DNA from: Calditrichaceae bacterium
GTDB lineage: Bacteria > Calditrichota > Calditrichia > Calditrichales > JBFXGD01
Assembly (NCBI GenBank): GCA_050173015.1
Contig: JBFXLE010000009.1
Coordinates: 32,001-96,000, forward strand
DNA: 64,000 bases
Reading direction: 5' to 3'
A program made the translations under genes and the position numbers. Below are positions 11,301-19,588 of the stretch, piece by piece. The notes below the pieces were generated by a model. The model had not been told where the DNA came from. It searched no databases and saw only the letters and a list, made by a program, of their open reading frames with translations. Positions within the stretch are counted from its first letter, which is position 1. Every line of letters starts with the position of its first letter.

Positions 11301-11726
11301 GTGGTGATAGTTCCATATAAAACAGGACCTATCTGTTGACAGTCGAATCAGGGTGATGTTCATTAATGGCGCCAGGGACAAATCTATCCTGTTTTTCCGG
11401 TCATCCGCCGTAACATCGCGGATCATTTTGTCAGTATTTTTTGTATCGTGCTCTGTCCAGTCCAAAACACGGAAATTCAATGACACATTTTTATGGACAA
11501 CCTGTAAAGGTTCATCCAGATCTTCCCAGATAAAGGAGCTTCGAAGAATATCCTGTCTTTCAATAACTTTTTCCCATGCCTGCCTGAAAGCTTCAAGAAG
11601 TAATTCTCCGGATATAATGCAGGAGAGTTGTTCGCTGTAAACCTCGGTTTCGGGTGACAGCAATGTATGGAACAACATACCCTGTTGCATGGGGGACAAT
11701 GGATAAATGTTCTGAATATTCTTCAT
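5340..11726 (-). CDS. NRPS, C(DCL-type)-A-T-C-A-T; predicted X, Phe
   Basis: N-terminus IYPLSPMQQGM and motif WNYHHLLFDGWG, typical of a C domain following an E domain; two YIIYTSGSTG and two GGHSL motifs; second A code DAWTIAAVCK (Phe). Start overlaps the upstream stop (ATGA). Confidence 0.97.
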   Translation of the reverse strand: MKNIQNIYPLSPMQQGMLFHTLLSPETEVYSEQLSCIISGELLLEAFRQAWEKVIERQDILRSSFIWEDLDEPLQVVHKNVSLNFRVLDWTEHDTKNTDKMIRDVTADDRKNRIDLSLAPLMNITLIRLSTDRSCFIWNYHHLLFDGWGLGIILKEVFTLYEALSKNRKVTLEPVYPYSDYIAWLKARDIEEAKQFWKKLLNGFTNTALLGISKRKQSAETGYAKKSLTLSEKLSESLSAFSKANKFTLNTLFQGAWTILLSRYSNNDDVVFGITVSGRPADLTGVESMVGLFINTVPIRIQLKAAEKILKLLENVQFTHSELLQYDFTPLVEIQSVSEIPRGSQLFESIMVFENYPIDDSLINQESSIRIESVQSFERTNYPITLVISPGKLIGIDLAYEEKFFDENIIDRMFEHLVLVLENICENPELKIGDLNILSKKERSLLLQAWNQSKKPYPDTRTIPKWFEEQVKITPDKQAIVFENETLTYDELNRKANQVARFLIKKGVSPEKLVGICMNKSTQMIIAILGILKAGGAYVPIDPDYPAERINFMIKDSGLKILITDQTPPSGTDINRLTIIDIDEEIDDMPAENPEPILLPHHLAYIIYTSGSTGQPKGVLLQHQGLCNFVQAMANKLSIDNNSNILQFSSLSFDASVAEIFIALLSGATLFLARKEVFLSPESLDEFAEKHNITFATLPPSLLSAVPPDMLKTVRTLVSVGDSCSWDLAKRWHTDHEFINGYGPTEVTIGSVLYKVDDLDADSQTVPIGKPLDNTLLYLLDKNMNPVPIGCTGEIFLGGPGIARGYHNRADLTAEKFLPDPFHGNHGGRLYRTGDLGRFLSDGNIEFMGRVDFQVKLRGFRVELEEIESALKRIESVNDATVIIREDMEGDKRITAYIIPEKATDFLVSEIREKLKNWLAEFMIPSVFVRLDKFPLNSSGKIDRKALPAPEKSDFIESGSFVAPANQNEEILAGIFADILGLEKVGRTNSFFELGGHSLMATQAVSRIRDAFKTDIPLRILFEHPVISDLAEALSEISVKNSSSAAPPLAPTERKAGIPLSFAQQRLWFLDQLEPGNIFYNIPSALVLKGRLDLNALEKSVQTIISRHESLRTVFKTIDGKPEQIILQDSKFRLKAVDLSSIDEPVKSQQAKDLATKEAKKSFDLTSGPLFRVLIIKLSEQSHLSVFALHHIIADGWSVKLLIDEIAVCYDAYTSGHEPLLSDLPVQYADFAQWQQGWLKDDVLEQQIAYWKEKLGGSPPLLELPTDRPRPAVQTFNGATETIEISEDLTGKLIKLSRRENCTLFMTLLAAFQTLLHRYSRQKTILVGSPIANRTHPEIERLIGFFVNTLVFRADFDDDPDFIELMKQIRETALKAYSYQDLPFEKLVEELHPTRDMSHSPLFQVAFVLQNLPVSSIELSDLVITPYETETITSKYDMTLTMIEGEAGLLGIMEYNTDLFNSETVKNMLDHFKTLLTSVALDPSYPVGSLQLLTTKDTQQITNQWNQTKSEFPAEICVHEWFELNAKKQPDAPAVIFRANSDSGSEQLTYSELNSRSNRLARYLLNLDIGVEKPVGICMDRSIDMIVAILAVLKSGNAFLPIDPAYPADRIAYMVEDSGLPVVIAQERTRGMLPAETKSIVIDRELSEINTENDDNPAVTIDPDNLAYIIYTSGSTGRPKGTMLRHRGLCNLASTQIKEFDVGKDSKIMQFSSLSFDASVWEFTMALLCGAAICLTSRETIVDGNALVKLLRDEQITTITLPPSVLAVLPETPLPDLRVIITAGEAVSGELVERWRKGRKFFNAYGPTETTVCASMHLCSGKYPSGPPIGMPISNFKIFILDEYKQPVPMGVPGELCIAGVGLARGYLNRPGQTAEKFIPNPFSEEPGDRLYCSGDLARYLPDGNIGFMGRIDQQVKIRGFRIELGEIESVLKLHKDISDVVVIARDDLPGSKALAAYFVVKEDKNLEIPEILTYLRERLPDYMIPPSILKLDRLPLTPNGKIDRKALPAPSGISDHLESEYVAPRNETELKVVEIVGQLLNREKVGINDNFFDLGGHSLLATQFLSRLRERFKVELPLRVLFEQPTSAGIAGAIMKTLETQGEQESDTPVIKRVSRTAVTMKKSDLA

Positions 11727-14700
11727 CGGTTTCCTTTTGTATGATTAAGCCTGTCAAGGACTTTGTTTAATTTCTCATCGGATAATCCGGCGAGTTTAAA
11801 ATCCGACGCCGTGTAGTCACCGGCATCGGGTGACTGACAGTGAATGATTAACTTCCTTAATTCATTAATAAAATTGGCGGAAAACTGCCGGATTGTTTCT
11901 TCCCGGTGCAGGTTAATGCTGTAATTAAATAAGAATTTTAGAGTGTTCCCGCTGATAGTCCCGATAATGTCAATCATTGTGGCTCTCGGGTTGTTTGGTC
12001 CGCGCTCGGATCCGCTTTGTTCATCTGCCGGCATAAATGGAGTGTCTTTTGAAAAATTTTGATCGAATTGTCCCAGATAATTGAATGATATCGGGCAATT
12101 TTCGATGGCTTTCAATTGTTGTTTTACAGAATCAGTATCATCTAAATATCGTAATAAACCATAACTCAATCCTGCTCGTGGTATTTTTCTAAGCTGCTCC
12201 TTGACCGATTTGATACAATCCCCGGGTGTGACTGATTTACCAAGTTCAAGATGAACGGGAAAGAGACTCGTAAACCAGCCGAGTGTTCTCGAAATATCAA
12301 TGTCTTCAAACAATGATTCCCGGCCGTGTCCTTCCATGGTGATCCAAACGGATCTTTTACCTGTCCGGGCGGAGTAAGACAAAGCCAGCGCGGTTAAAAG
12401 GATATCGTTGATCTGTGTATTATATACAGCAGGCACAACCTGGAGCAGCGCGCGTGTTTCATCCTGATTCAATGATACCTGAACACCGGAAACGGAACTT
12501 TCGGTATTGGCGCCATCAGGAAAATCAACAGGAATTGTGTTCAACGGTACTTTAGATAAGTTCAACCAGTACTTTAAATCGCTTTCAGATACTTTGTCTG
12601 ATGTGAAGGAGCGCAATCGTTTCGACCATTCCCTGAACGATGTGGTTTTTGCCGGCAGTTGTATTTCCCCGCCGTTGATGATTTGCCCGTAGGCGGTTTG
12701 CAGGTCATCCAGTAATATCCGCCATGAGATACCGTCAATGATAAGATGGTGAACGATCATCAATAGTTTTCCGGCGGTTTCGCCTGTTTCAAACCAACCG
12801 AACCGGAAAACCGGACCGGTTTCGATATTCAGCGATGCTTGTAACAAAGCTGATTTGGATTCAATAAAGTTCTTTTGTTCCTTGACAGACAGATCTGAAA
12901 TTTTGAATAATGAAAATGGTATTTCGGAGCAGGGATCGTCAAATCTCGCTTCATGGCTATCATCGGTTTTATAAAATTTAAGCCTTAGAACATCATGATG
13001 GTTAACGAGCGTGGTTAACGCTTTTTTTAACGACACAATATCAACTTTTTGAGAAGAGCTTAATAATACCGACTGATTCCAGTGATTAAATTCGGGAAAT
13101 TTCTGTTCAAAAAACCACTTTTGCGCGGGAGTCAAAGACAGTGTACCGGTCACCGGGCCTTGTTCCGCCTGCGTAAATGCCGTAGCTGACGCCACATTGG
13201 CCAGTTGAGCTATTGTCTGATACCGGAAAAACTGCACGGGTGTTATATTCAATCCTTTTTGCTTTGCTTTTGCCGCGATTTGGATGATGATTATGGAATC
13301 CCCGCCAAGCTCAAAAAAGTTATCATGTATGCCTATCTTTTTTAATCCAAGTAGTTCCTGCCAGATCTCCGCGAGAATAATCTGATTGTCGTTTTCAGGA
13401 GCCGCGTATTTCTTCCCGGTGTGTAACTGCTGATCATCGGGTTTTGGCAAAGCTTTCCGGTCAACTTTTCCGTTTGCTGTGAGGGGAATACCGTCCACAT
13501 GAATAAAATGGGCCGGAATCATATACTCAGGCAGCATATCTTCAAGAAAACTTCTCAGTTCACTTAATGAAGGAGGCTGTTGCTCACCGCATACCATATA
13601 AGCCGCAAGCTGTTTTTTACCGGGTTTGTCTTCCCGTGAAATGACCACACACTCAACAATCGATGGATGCCGGTTGACACACGCTTCGATCTCGGCCGGC
13701 TCAATCCGATATCCTCTGATCTTTATCTGGTCATCAGTTCGACCCAGAAATTCCATCAATCCGTTTTTTAAATACCTTACCTGGTCGCCCGTTTTATAGA
13801 GACGTTCACCGGATTTCCCTGAGATCGGATCGGGAACAAACCTTTCGGCTGTCAGATCAGGTCGGTTCAGGTAGCCCCTGGCCACACCGGCCCCGCCGAT
13901 GTACAGTTCGCCACGCGCTCCGGTAGGGACGGTGTTGAAGTATCGGTCTAACGCGTACACTCTTGTGTTGAGAATGGCTTGTCCGATAGGCACTGATCCT
14001 GAACCGTTCCACTCACGGGCTTCATAAACCACGCATCCGACCACGGTTTCGGTCGGGCCGTATTCATTAAACAGCAGAGTCTCAGGAGCGTTTTTTTGCC
14101 AGAACGCGATTTGATCCGTTGTGAGATTTTCGCCGCCGATCACAAACGCTTTGGTGATGCCGGCCGCTTCCGCCGGAGCGATTTGATGCTTAAGAAGATC
14201 CAGATGGGCCGGAGTGATTTTAATGACATTAAAATTTTTATACTCTGTCAGCGCTTTGGACAATGATTCCAGGTCTGAATTGTCAGGCAGAAGCGTAACG
14301 GTACTGCCTGTTAAAATAGGTGTGAACACGGCCGTAACCGTCGCGTCAAACGCGATAGTGGAATGTACCAAAGAACCGCGTCCCTTGCTGAGCGGATAGG
14401 CCTCCATGCACCAATTAAGATAATTTGTCAGACCACGATGAGTGATCATTGTTCCTTTAGGATTTCCGGTCGAACCCGAAGTATATATCATGTATGCGAG
14501 ATGATCCGGTTCGACAGAAACGGATGGATTCGAAGTAGGATTCGATTGAATCACGTTTTTATCACTATCGAGAGCAATGATTTTTCCCTGGAAATCGGGA
14601 AGCTCCCGCAAAAATCCGGATTTGGTGAGCAGAACCGGAACATTGGAATCATCCAGGATATAGGCAAGACGCTCTTTTGGATAAGATGGATCTATAGGCA

Positions 14701-17700
14701 CATACGCGCCGCCCGATTTTAATATACCGAGGATGCTGATGATCATTTCCGCGGAGCGTTCCATGCATATTCCCACAAGCCGGTCCGGACCGATTCCAAG
14801 ATCTTTCAGATAAAAAGCAAGTTGATTGGATACTTCATTTAGCTGTTTGTATGATAGACGTATCGCGCCGATTTCCAGTGCGATTTGATCCGGTATCCGT
14901 CGCGCCTGTTCTTCAAAGACGCGGTGAACGGGAAGATCGAGCGTAAGACGCTTGTCAATGCCATTCCAACCGGTAAGCAGATTGTGTTTTTCATTTTCCG
15001 GGATCATGTTGAGCCGGTTGATTTTTTCAGCAGGATTCCGGGCGATACTTTCCAGTAAATTCTGAAAGTGGATCAGGATCAAATCGATGGTCGATTCATC
15101 GAATAAATCGGTATTAAATTCCATCGCTCCGCTTATACGATCATTATCTTCAAGCATAAAAAGCGTCAGATCGAATTTTGCGGTCCCCGAGTGTGAAACG
15201 ATGGGGGTGAGTTCTAAATCAATATCCATCTTCTCCGGTTTCGGAGTATTCTGGAGAGCGAACATCACCTGAAATAGCGGCGTATGATTGGTATTACGCT
15301 CGGGATGCAGAGCATCGACTATCTTTTCAAAGGGTATCTCCTGATGACTAAAGGCATTTAATGCGGTTTCGCGGACCTGTCTGAGCATGTCAGTGAATGC
15401 CGGATTATTTATGAGATTAATTCTCAGAACAATCGTGTTTACAAAGAATCCGATTAAATGCTCCGTCTCTGTTCTGTCTCGGTTCGCGACCGGACTTCCG
15501 ATGGAAATATCTTCCTGACCGGAATAACGGTTTAGAAGCACGGAAAACGCGCTCAACAAGATCATGAACATGGTAGAATTTTCATTCTCTGCGATTTGCT
15601 TTAACTTCCGGGCAATCGATTCCGATAACTCAAATTTTTTGAAGGATCCCTTTCCGCTGGGAACGGCAGGTCTTTGACGGTCCACCGGAAGATCGATAAC
15701 CGGTTCGCTACCAGAAAGGTTTGAAATCCAATAATCAAGCCCTTTCTTAAAATATTCTTCAGTCAACTGATGCTGCTGCCAATGGGCGTAGTCCGCGTAT
15801 TGTATGGGAAGATCAGGTAAATCCGGATTTAAATTTAAAAGCCCGGCCCGATAGATTCTGGTTAATTCAGTGATAAAAATGGACATGGACCATCCATCCG
15901 ATATGATATGATGAAAGGTCAAAATGACGCGGTGAATGTTCTTCTCAAGACGGATCAGCATGGTTCGGAACAGAGGGGCGGTAGCGAGATCAAATGGCGT
16001 GGAAGCCTCATGCAATGTCAGTTGATCAGCCTCCGCGGCCTTTCCGGCTGAATCGGCTGCCATCAAATCGATAAATTGAATATCCGGCTTTGTATTTTCA
16101 TAAATCCGTAAAGATGCTTTCCCATCCAAATTTACTATGCCCGTCCGGAGTGTTTCATGTCTTTGCATGATCTCTTTCAGAGAAGCCTCAAATAAATCTT
16201 TCCGGAATTCCCCCTTAATTTCGTAAACGGATTGAAGATTATATGAAGGATTATCTGGCATTAATTGATCGATAAACCATAATCGCGTTTGGGAAAATGA
16301 GAGCGGCAGGTTTTCGGTCCTGGGAACCCTGTTGATTGAAAGATGATGCCCGGATGATCCATTCATATCAAGTGATTTCGCCAGATTTCGGATGTCCGGG
16401 TTTTCAAAAATAGTCCTGAGCGGTATCTCAACGCCAAATTCATCCCGGATTCGGGAAATAAGTCGCGTGGCAAAAAGTGAATGCCCGCCCAGATCAAAGA
16501 AATCATCATTCGCGCCCGCTTTCTCCACTCCTAAAATTTCTGAGTATATTTCCGCCAGCTTCTGCTCAGATCCGCTTCCCGGAGGAATATATTCAGCTCC
16601 GGAACCTTTAACGGATTCATCCGGTTCGGGCAGCGCGAAGCGGTCAATTTTACCGTTTGGCGTCCTGGGAAACTCATCCAGCCAGACAAAAAGGTTTGGC
16701 AGCATATAATCCGGCAACTTTCGTTTTAGAAAATCTCTAAGATCCGGTACCGTTGGTTTGCTGACATTTTTCGGGATCAGATACGCGGTAATTTGTTTGT
16801 CACCGGTGACACTTTCCCTGACCACAACGACCGCATCCTTCACATCGGTATGGGCAGCGATATTATTTTCAATCTCACCAAGTTCTATCCTGAATCCTCG
16901 TACTTTTACCTGATGATCAATCCTGCCGATAAAATCAATGCTTCCGTCACTTCTGTAACGCGCCAGATCGCCTGTTTTGTACATGCGGGATCCGGGCTCA
17001 ACCGAAAACGGATCCGGCACAAATTTTTCACCGGTTAACGATGGTCTCGCGAGATATCCTCTTGCCAGACCTTCGCCCCCGATATACAATTCTCCGGCGG
17101 CACCGATCGGGACAGGTTGATTGTTAGCGTCAAGTATGTAGAATCTGGCATTCACGATAGGTTTACCGATTGTAGGCTGTGATTTGAATGACCTGACGGG
17201 ACAAATGGTTGAATCGACCGTACATTCCGTCGGGCCATACATATTAAATGTTTCCGTAACCGGTAATTCCGCCAGCATTTTCCATGTCGTCTCATCGATA
17301 GCTTCCCCGCCCGGAAGAAGCGCGGATGGTTTCCATTCCGGATCATTGAGGAGGCCGGCTGAGATTAATAATTTAAGTTGCGATGGAACGCAGTCAAGAA
17401 GGTCAACCCGCTCATTTTTCAGATAAGACACCATTAATCTGCCATCACCGCGTACTTCTTCGGGTATGATGACAAGGCTATGTCCGCTGAACATCATGAC
17501 CAGTTGCTGAACAGAAGCGTCAAAGGAGATTGGCGCGTTTAGGCTTATATTCATCCGGTTTTTGCCAAAAGACTCGTATATTGATTTGTCAAGGTTCTTC
17601 ATTAGATTTATAGCTGAACGGTGCTGAATCATGACGCCTTTTGGTTGTCCCGTTGTTCCTGAGGTATATATGATATAAGCGAGATTCGCCGAATCCATTT

Positions 17701-19588
17701 TGATTACGGGATTTAGGCTCTCCCCGTGCTGATCCTCTTCAGGAATCTCATCGATATTGACAGACAGGATTTTTTCATCCTTAAACTTTTCCGCAAAATG
17801 CTCATTTGTGATTAAAATATTCGCGCCCGAATCTTTGAGCATAAAAGCAATACGTTCATCCGGATAAGAAGGATCGAGTGGTAAATAGGCGCCGCCGGAT
17901 TTAAGGATTCCCAGAATGCTGATGATCATTTCCGGTGAACGCCGCATACTGAAGGCAATAATACTTTCGGGGCCTGCTCCCAGTTTTTGCAGATGACGCG
18001 CCAGCCGGTTAGCCTTCGAGTTTAATTCATCAAATGTCATCTTATCGTTACCGGAAATAACCGCGAATTGATCAGGATTTGCCTCAGCGGATGTCTCAAA
18101 AATCTGGTGCAGACATAGATTTCTCGGAAACTCTACGGTATGACCATTCCAATCATGTGTAAGAGTTTTAATTTCAGATTCTGAAAGAACGGGTAGTTTA
18201 GAAATATTCTGATCCGGATTTTGGAGAAATTCCAGCAGTAATAGCTGATAATGGCTAAGCATTCGTTTGATGGTATCCGGCAGAAAAAGATCCGTATCAA
18301 ATTCGAATGATAGGGAGAGATATCCGTTAGATTCCGCGGCTGTGAACGACAGATCAAACTTGGCGTTGTCACCGTCAATCGTGATGGACTTCATGCTCAA
18401 TCCGGGGAGCTCCATACTGACCGAAATTTCATTCTGGTATGTGAACATCACCTGAAAAAGTGGTGTATGATTCATGCTTCTTTCGGGATGAAGTTCTTCA
18501 ACAAGCATCTCAAAAGGCAGATCCTGATGATTAAAAGCTCCCATGACAGCGCTTTTAACTTTTTGCAACAGATCTCCGCCGGTGTCCGAATTTGACAGGG
18601 ATGCGCGGATGACAAGAGTATTTACAAAAAATCCTATTAAATTTTCTGTTTCAGCCCTGTTGCGATTCGCTATTGGCGTGCCGACTGTTATGTCCGCCTG
18701 ATTTGTGTATCGGTGCATAAGCAAATAAAATACGGTCAGCAGCGATATGTAAGGAGTTATACTGTTTTCTGATGAGAATTTTTTTACCTTGTTTAATATA
18801 TCCCGATTCAGTATGATTTCCTGGCGGGATCCGTTATAACTCTTTACGGCCGGTCGCGCAAAATCTGTTGGAAACTGTAACACGGGGACATGATTTCCCA
18901 GGACGGATTTCCAGTAATGAAGTAGCTCATCCCGATCCTTTCCATCAAGACGATCGCGCTGCCACTTGGCAAAATCAACATATTGAATGTTTAGTTCCGG
19001 AAGGTGGCAGGGACTTTCTTCGACAAAATGTCTGTAATATGCTGAAAACTCTTTTAAAAATAGTCCGATGGACCAGCCGTCAGCTATGATGTGATGCATC
19101 ACGAAAAACAGGGCATAATCCGTATCAGAAAGCCGGAAAAGGGATATTCTCCGGAGAGGTCCTTTGTTTAAATCAAAAGGGATTCTGCTTTCGTTGGTAA
19201 TTTTTTCCATCAGTATGGATTCTTTTTTGTCCTCCGGATATTGGCTAAGATCTACAATTACTAAATTCTTAACCGGGCTGTCTGATACGACCTGCATCGG
19301 AGTGCCGTTAACAGTAGTGAAAGTGGTGCGTAATATTTCGTGTCTGCCAATGATGGAATCGATACTTTTTTCAAGAGCATTGAGATCCGGTTTGCCCTTT
19401 AATCTCAACGCGGCGGGAATATTATAGGCGCTGCTCCCGGGCTCGAACTGATAAAGAAACCAGAGACGTTGCTGTGAGTAGGAGAGGGGAAAAGCATTAG
19501 AAAGGGCGAACTTTTCCTTTAATTTTAGCTCCAGAAGCTTTCGTTTTTCAGGCGAAAGAGATTCAATCAATTTTGAAAGGTCAGCCAT
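11723..19588 (-). CDS. NRPS, C-A-T-C-A-T-E; predicted Gln/Glu, D-Asn
   Basis: C motifs HHIIADGWS and HHIISDGWS; A codes DAQDLGMVDK and DATKVGEVGK; second T is GGDSI (E-associated); E motifs HHLIIDGISWRILL, EGHGRE, RTLGWFTS; C-terminal YTASDF COM-like tail. Confidence 0.97.
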   Translation of the reverse strand: MADLSKLIESLSPEKRKLLELKLKEKFALSNAFPLSYSQQRLWFLYQFEPGSSAYNIPAALRLKGKPDLNALEKSIDSIIGRHEILRTTFTTVNGTPMQVVSDSPVKNLVIVDLSQYPEDKKESILMEKITNESRIPFDLNKGPLRRISLFRLSDTDYALFFVMHHIIADGWSIGLFLKEFSAYYRHFVEESPCHLPELNIQYVDFAKWQRDRLDGKDRDELLHYWKSVLGNHVPVLQFPTDFARPAVKSYNGSRQEIILNRDILNKVKKFSSENSITPYISLLTVFYLLMHRYTNQADITVGTPIANRNRAETENLIGFFVNTLVIRASLSNSDTGGDLLQKVKSAVMGAFNHQDLPFEMLVEELHPERSMNHTPLFQVMFTYQNEISVSMELPGLSMKSITIDGDNAKFDLSFTAAESNGYLSLSFEFDTDLFLPDTIKRMLSHYQLLLLEFLQNPDQNISKLPVLSESEIKTLTHDWNGHTVEFPRNLCLHQIFETSAEANPDQFAVISGNDKMTFDELNSKANRLARHLQKLGAGPESIIAFSMRRSPEMIISILGILKSGGAYLPLDPSYPDERIAFMLKDSGANILITNEHFAEKFKDEKILSVNIDEIPEEDQHGESLNPVIKMDSANLAYIIYTSGTTGQPKGVMIQHRSAINLMKNLDKSIYESFGKNRMNISLNAPISFDASVQQLVMMFSGHSLVIIPEEVRGDGRLMVSYLKNERVDLLDCVPSQLKLLISAGLLNDPEWKPSALLPGGEAIDETTWKMLAELPVTETFNMYGPTECTVDSTICPVRSFKSQPTIGKPIVNARFYILDANNQPVPIGAAGELYIGGEGLARGYLARPSLTGEKFVPDPFSVEPGSRMYKTGDLARYRSDGSIDFIGRIDHQVKVRGFRIELGEIENNIAAHTDVKDAVVVVRESVTGDKQITAYLIPKNVSKPTVPDLRDFLKRKLPDYMLPNLFVWLDEFPRTPNGKIDRFALPEPDESVKGSGAEYIPPGSGSEQKLAEIYSEILGVEKAGANDDFFDLGGHSLFATRLISRIRDEFGVEIPLRTIFENPDIRNLAKSLDMNGSSGHHLSINRVPRTENLPLSFSQTRLWFIDQLMPDNPSYNLQSVYEIKGEFRKDLFEASLKEIMQRHETLRTGIVNLDGKASLRIYENTKPDIQFIDLMAADSAGKAAEADQLTLHEASTPFDLATAPLFRTMLIRLEKNIHRVILTFHHIISDGWSMSIFITELTRIYRAGLLNLNPDLPDLPIQYADYAHWQQHQLTEEYFKKGLDYWISNLSGSEPVIDLPVDRQRPAVPSGKGSFKKFELSESIARKLKQIAENENSTMFMILLSAFSVLLNRYSGQEDISIGSPVANRDRTETEHLIGFFVNTIVLRINLINNPAFTDMLRQVRETALNAFSHQEIPFEKIVDALHPERNTNHTPLFQVMFALQNTPKPEKMDIDLELTPIVSHSGTAKFDLTLFMLEDNDRISGAMEFNTDLFDESTIDLILIHFQNLLESIARNPAEKINRLNMIPENEKHNLLTGWNGIDKRLTLDLPVHRVFEEQARRIPDQIALEIGAIRLSYKQLNEVSNQLAFYLKDLGIGPDRLVGICMERSAEMIISILGILKSGGAYVPIDPSYPKERLAYILDDSNVPVLLTKSGFLRELPDFQGKIIALDSDKNVIQSNPTSNPSVSVEPDHLAYMIYTSGSTGNPKGTMITHRGLTNYLNWCMEAYPLSKGRGSLVHSTIAFDATVTAVFTPILTGSTVTLLPDNSDLESLSKALTEYKNFNVIKITPAHLDLLKHQIAPAEAAGITKAFVIGGENLTTDQIAFWQKNAPETLLFNEYGPTETVVGCVVYEAREWNGSGSVPIGQAILNTRVYALDRYFNTVPTGARGELYIGGAGVARGYLNRPDLTAERFVPDPISGKSGERLYKTGDQVRYLKNGLMEFLGRTDDQIKIRGYRIEPAEIEACVNRHPSIVECVVISREDKPGKKQLAAYMVCGEQQPPSLSELRSFLEDMLPEYMIPAHFIHVDGIPLTANGKVDRKALPKPDDQQLHTGKKYAAPENDNQIILAEIWQELLGLKKIGIHDNFFELGGDSIIIIQIAAKAKQKGLNITPVQFFRYQTIAQLANVASATAFTQAEQGPVTGTLSLTPAQKWFFEQKFPEFNHWNQSVLLSSSQKVDIVSLKKALTTLVNHHDVLRLKFYKTDDSHEARFDDPCSEIPFSLFKISDLSVKEQKNFIESKSALLQASLNIETGPVFRFGWFETGETAGKLLMIVHHLIIDGISWRILLDDLQTAYGQIINGGEIQLPAKTTSFREWSKRLRSFTSDKVSESDLKYWLNLSKVPLNTIPVDFPDGANTESSVSGVQVSLNQDETRALLQVVPAVYNTQINDILLTALALSYSARTGKRSVWITMEGHGRESLFEDIDISRTLGWFTSLFPVHLELGKSVTPGDCIKSVKEQLRKIPRAGLSYGLLRYLDDTDSVKQQLKAIENCPISFNYLGQFDQNFSKDTPFMPADEQSGSERGPNNPRATMIDIIGTISGNTLKFLFNYSINLHREETIRQFSANFINELRKLIIHCQSPDAGDYTASDFKLAGLSDEKLNKVLDRLNHTKGNR

